NCBI RefSeq assembly: GCF_001194135.2
Contig: NC_068984.1
Span: 9,302,339 to 9,336,825 of the forward strand
Reading direction: 5' to 3'
Source: Octopus bimaculoides
Taxonomy: Eukaryota
Length of the DNA: 34,487 nucleotides
In this document: positions 33,355-34,487 of the stretch, piece by piece
Numbering within the stretch: the stretch's first letter is position 1
How the letters are laid out: each line of letters begins with the position of its first letter
Program-made: the position numbers and the translations under genes
The notes under the pieces: generated by a model
The model's input: only the letters and a program-made list of their open reading frames with translations
The model's database searches: none
What the model was told of the DNA's origin: nothing

Positions 33355-33470
33355 ATATTTGACGGATATTTGTCCTCATCTTGTTTGTTGTTAACACAAC
33401 GTTTCGGCCTTCATCACGTGTCTTGGGGAAATTTCGAACCTGGGTTCTCATTCCTAAGGTATTTTTAGAT
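33355..33470 (-). mobile_element. Penelope-like terminal remnant with decayed hammerhead
   Basis: Minus strand 33422-33393: GACAC-GUGAUGA-A-GGCC-GAAA-C-GUU-GUGUU. Stem I is intact (one G-U pair), core C3 is mutated to G, and stem II has collapsed. Confidence 0.5.
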
Positions 33471-34118
33471 GCTATTATTATTATTATTATTATTTTGGTG
33501 GTAGTGGTGGTGGTGTGTTGATAGTGAAAAGAATTTTTTTAAAAAAACTAAATCTATAATATTATTATTCTACCTGTTTGCTAACTCTTTGCGCTTTAGT
33601 TTGTGTGTGAGAGAGAGAGACAGAGAGAGAGACAGAGAGACAGAGGGGGGGGCAATGTGAAAGTGAGTGAGAGAACAGATAACCGGCCGATGCATTATGC
33701 TGTCACTCTCGTAGTTAGTGGAAGCGATAGGTGAAGAGAAACAGAGAAATGAAGAGGGGAATTACACGGTTAAAAAGTTTGCTGAAGAGGTAGAGAGAAA
33801 AAGAGAAATATAAAGCGCTTAATAGACGGAAATTTCAAAATCATTGAATCTGTTAGTGCGTCAGGAAGTGCAATAACTTAGTAAAATAGAAATAAAAATG
33901 CAAAACATCTTCTCTTTCTTAAGTAGCTTCTGTTATTCTTTATCGTTCTGTAGAGTTTCCACGGATCGTACCAGACATTAATATTATTTGAACTCATGGC
34001 ATAAATAATGAAATGTTTCTGTCGAATGATTTGTTAAAACTGGACGGAACCGAGGTAGAATTAAATGCTACGCAGTGTCATGTCTGTTCGGCTCATCGAG
34101 GCAATGATATGTGTGTGG

Positions 34119-34167
<49 letters not shown>

Positions 34168-34487
34168 TGAGTAATATGACAGGTTTGATTCAGTCAACTA
34201 ATGGCTCGATGTCTAAATTTATGTCTTTGTTAAAGAAACGCCAAGTGTGTATACTATTAAGGGAAGCGTATCTATCGCCGTTCTTGACAACGTAGAAAGA
34301 TAAAGAGACGTTCAGAATGATTGATTGCTTGATTTACCGAGCGATAAGTATCGATACATATATCTACACATCAATCATAGTTATATAGACAATAATATAT
34401 AAAAATATATATTTACCTATATTATACATCGATGATTGTGCTTGTAAAATATAAGGAAAAGTTTTATATATATATATATATATATAT

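Noticed and set aside
33682-33703. CATTATGCTGTCACTCTCGTAG resembling miR-1993 as I recall it
   Set aside because: Only about 15/22 identity to the recalled sequence, and a weak hairpin driven by GA/CT low complexity; true orthologues are nearly invariant.

Overview
This is eukaryotic, AT-rich, repeat-dominated scaffold sequence with 12 N-gaps (about 4.3 kb, about 12%). The SINE families and the density of microsatellites look like octopus (coleoid cephalopod) DNA; this is recognition, not a database result. No intact protein-coding gene can be supported, and almost all of the supplied ORF track is microsatellite or N-gap artefact. Supported content: about 20 copies or fragments of two tRNA-derived SINE families (called A and B here); decayed LINE 3' ends (one RTE-like, two mutually homologous L1/Tx1-like); a mariner transposase pseudogene; a Tc1/mariner MITE plus an internally deleted relative; other MITE/foldback elements; and a probable Helentron-type non-autonomous element. 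Two observations stand out. (1) Four minimal hammerhead-ribozyme-like motifs of the Penelope-like-element type occur in three apparently unrelated repeats. One has an intact core (21164-21203, minus strand) and two share an A6U core variant. (2) All three SINE-B copies carrying 'tail 1' are nested inside other SINEs, two of them at AGAAAC with target-site duplications, and tail 1 matches the 3' end of an L1/Tx1-like LINE in the same window. This suggests a target-biased SINE/LINE pair. A few candidate exons are flagged at low confidence.
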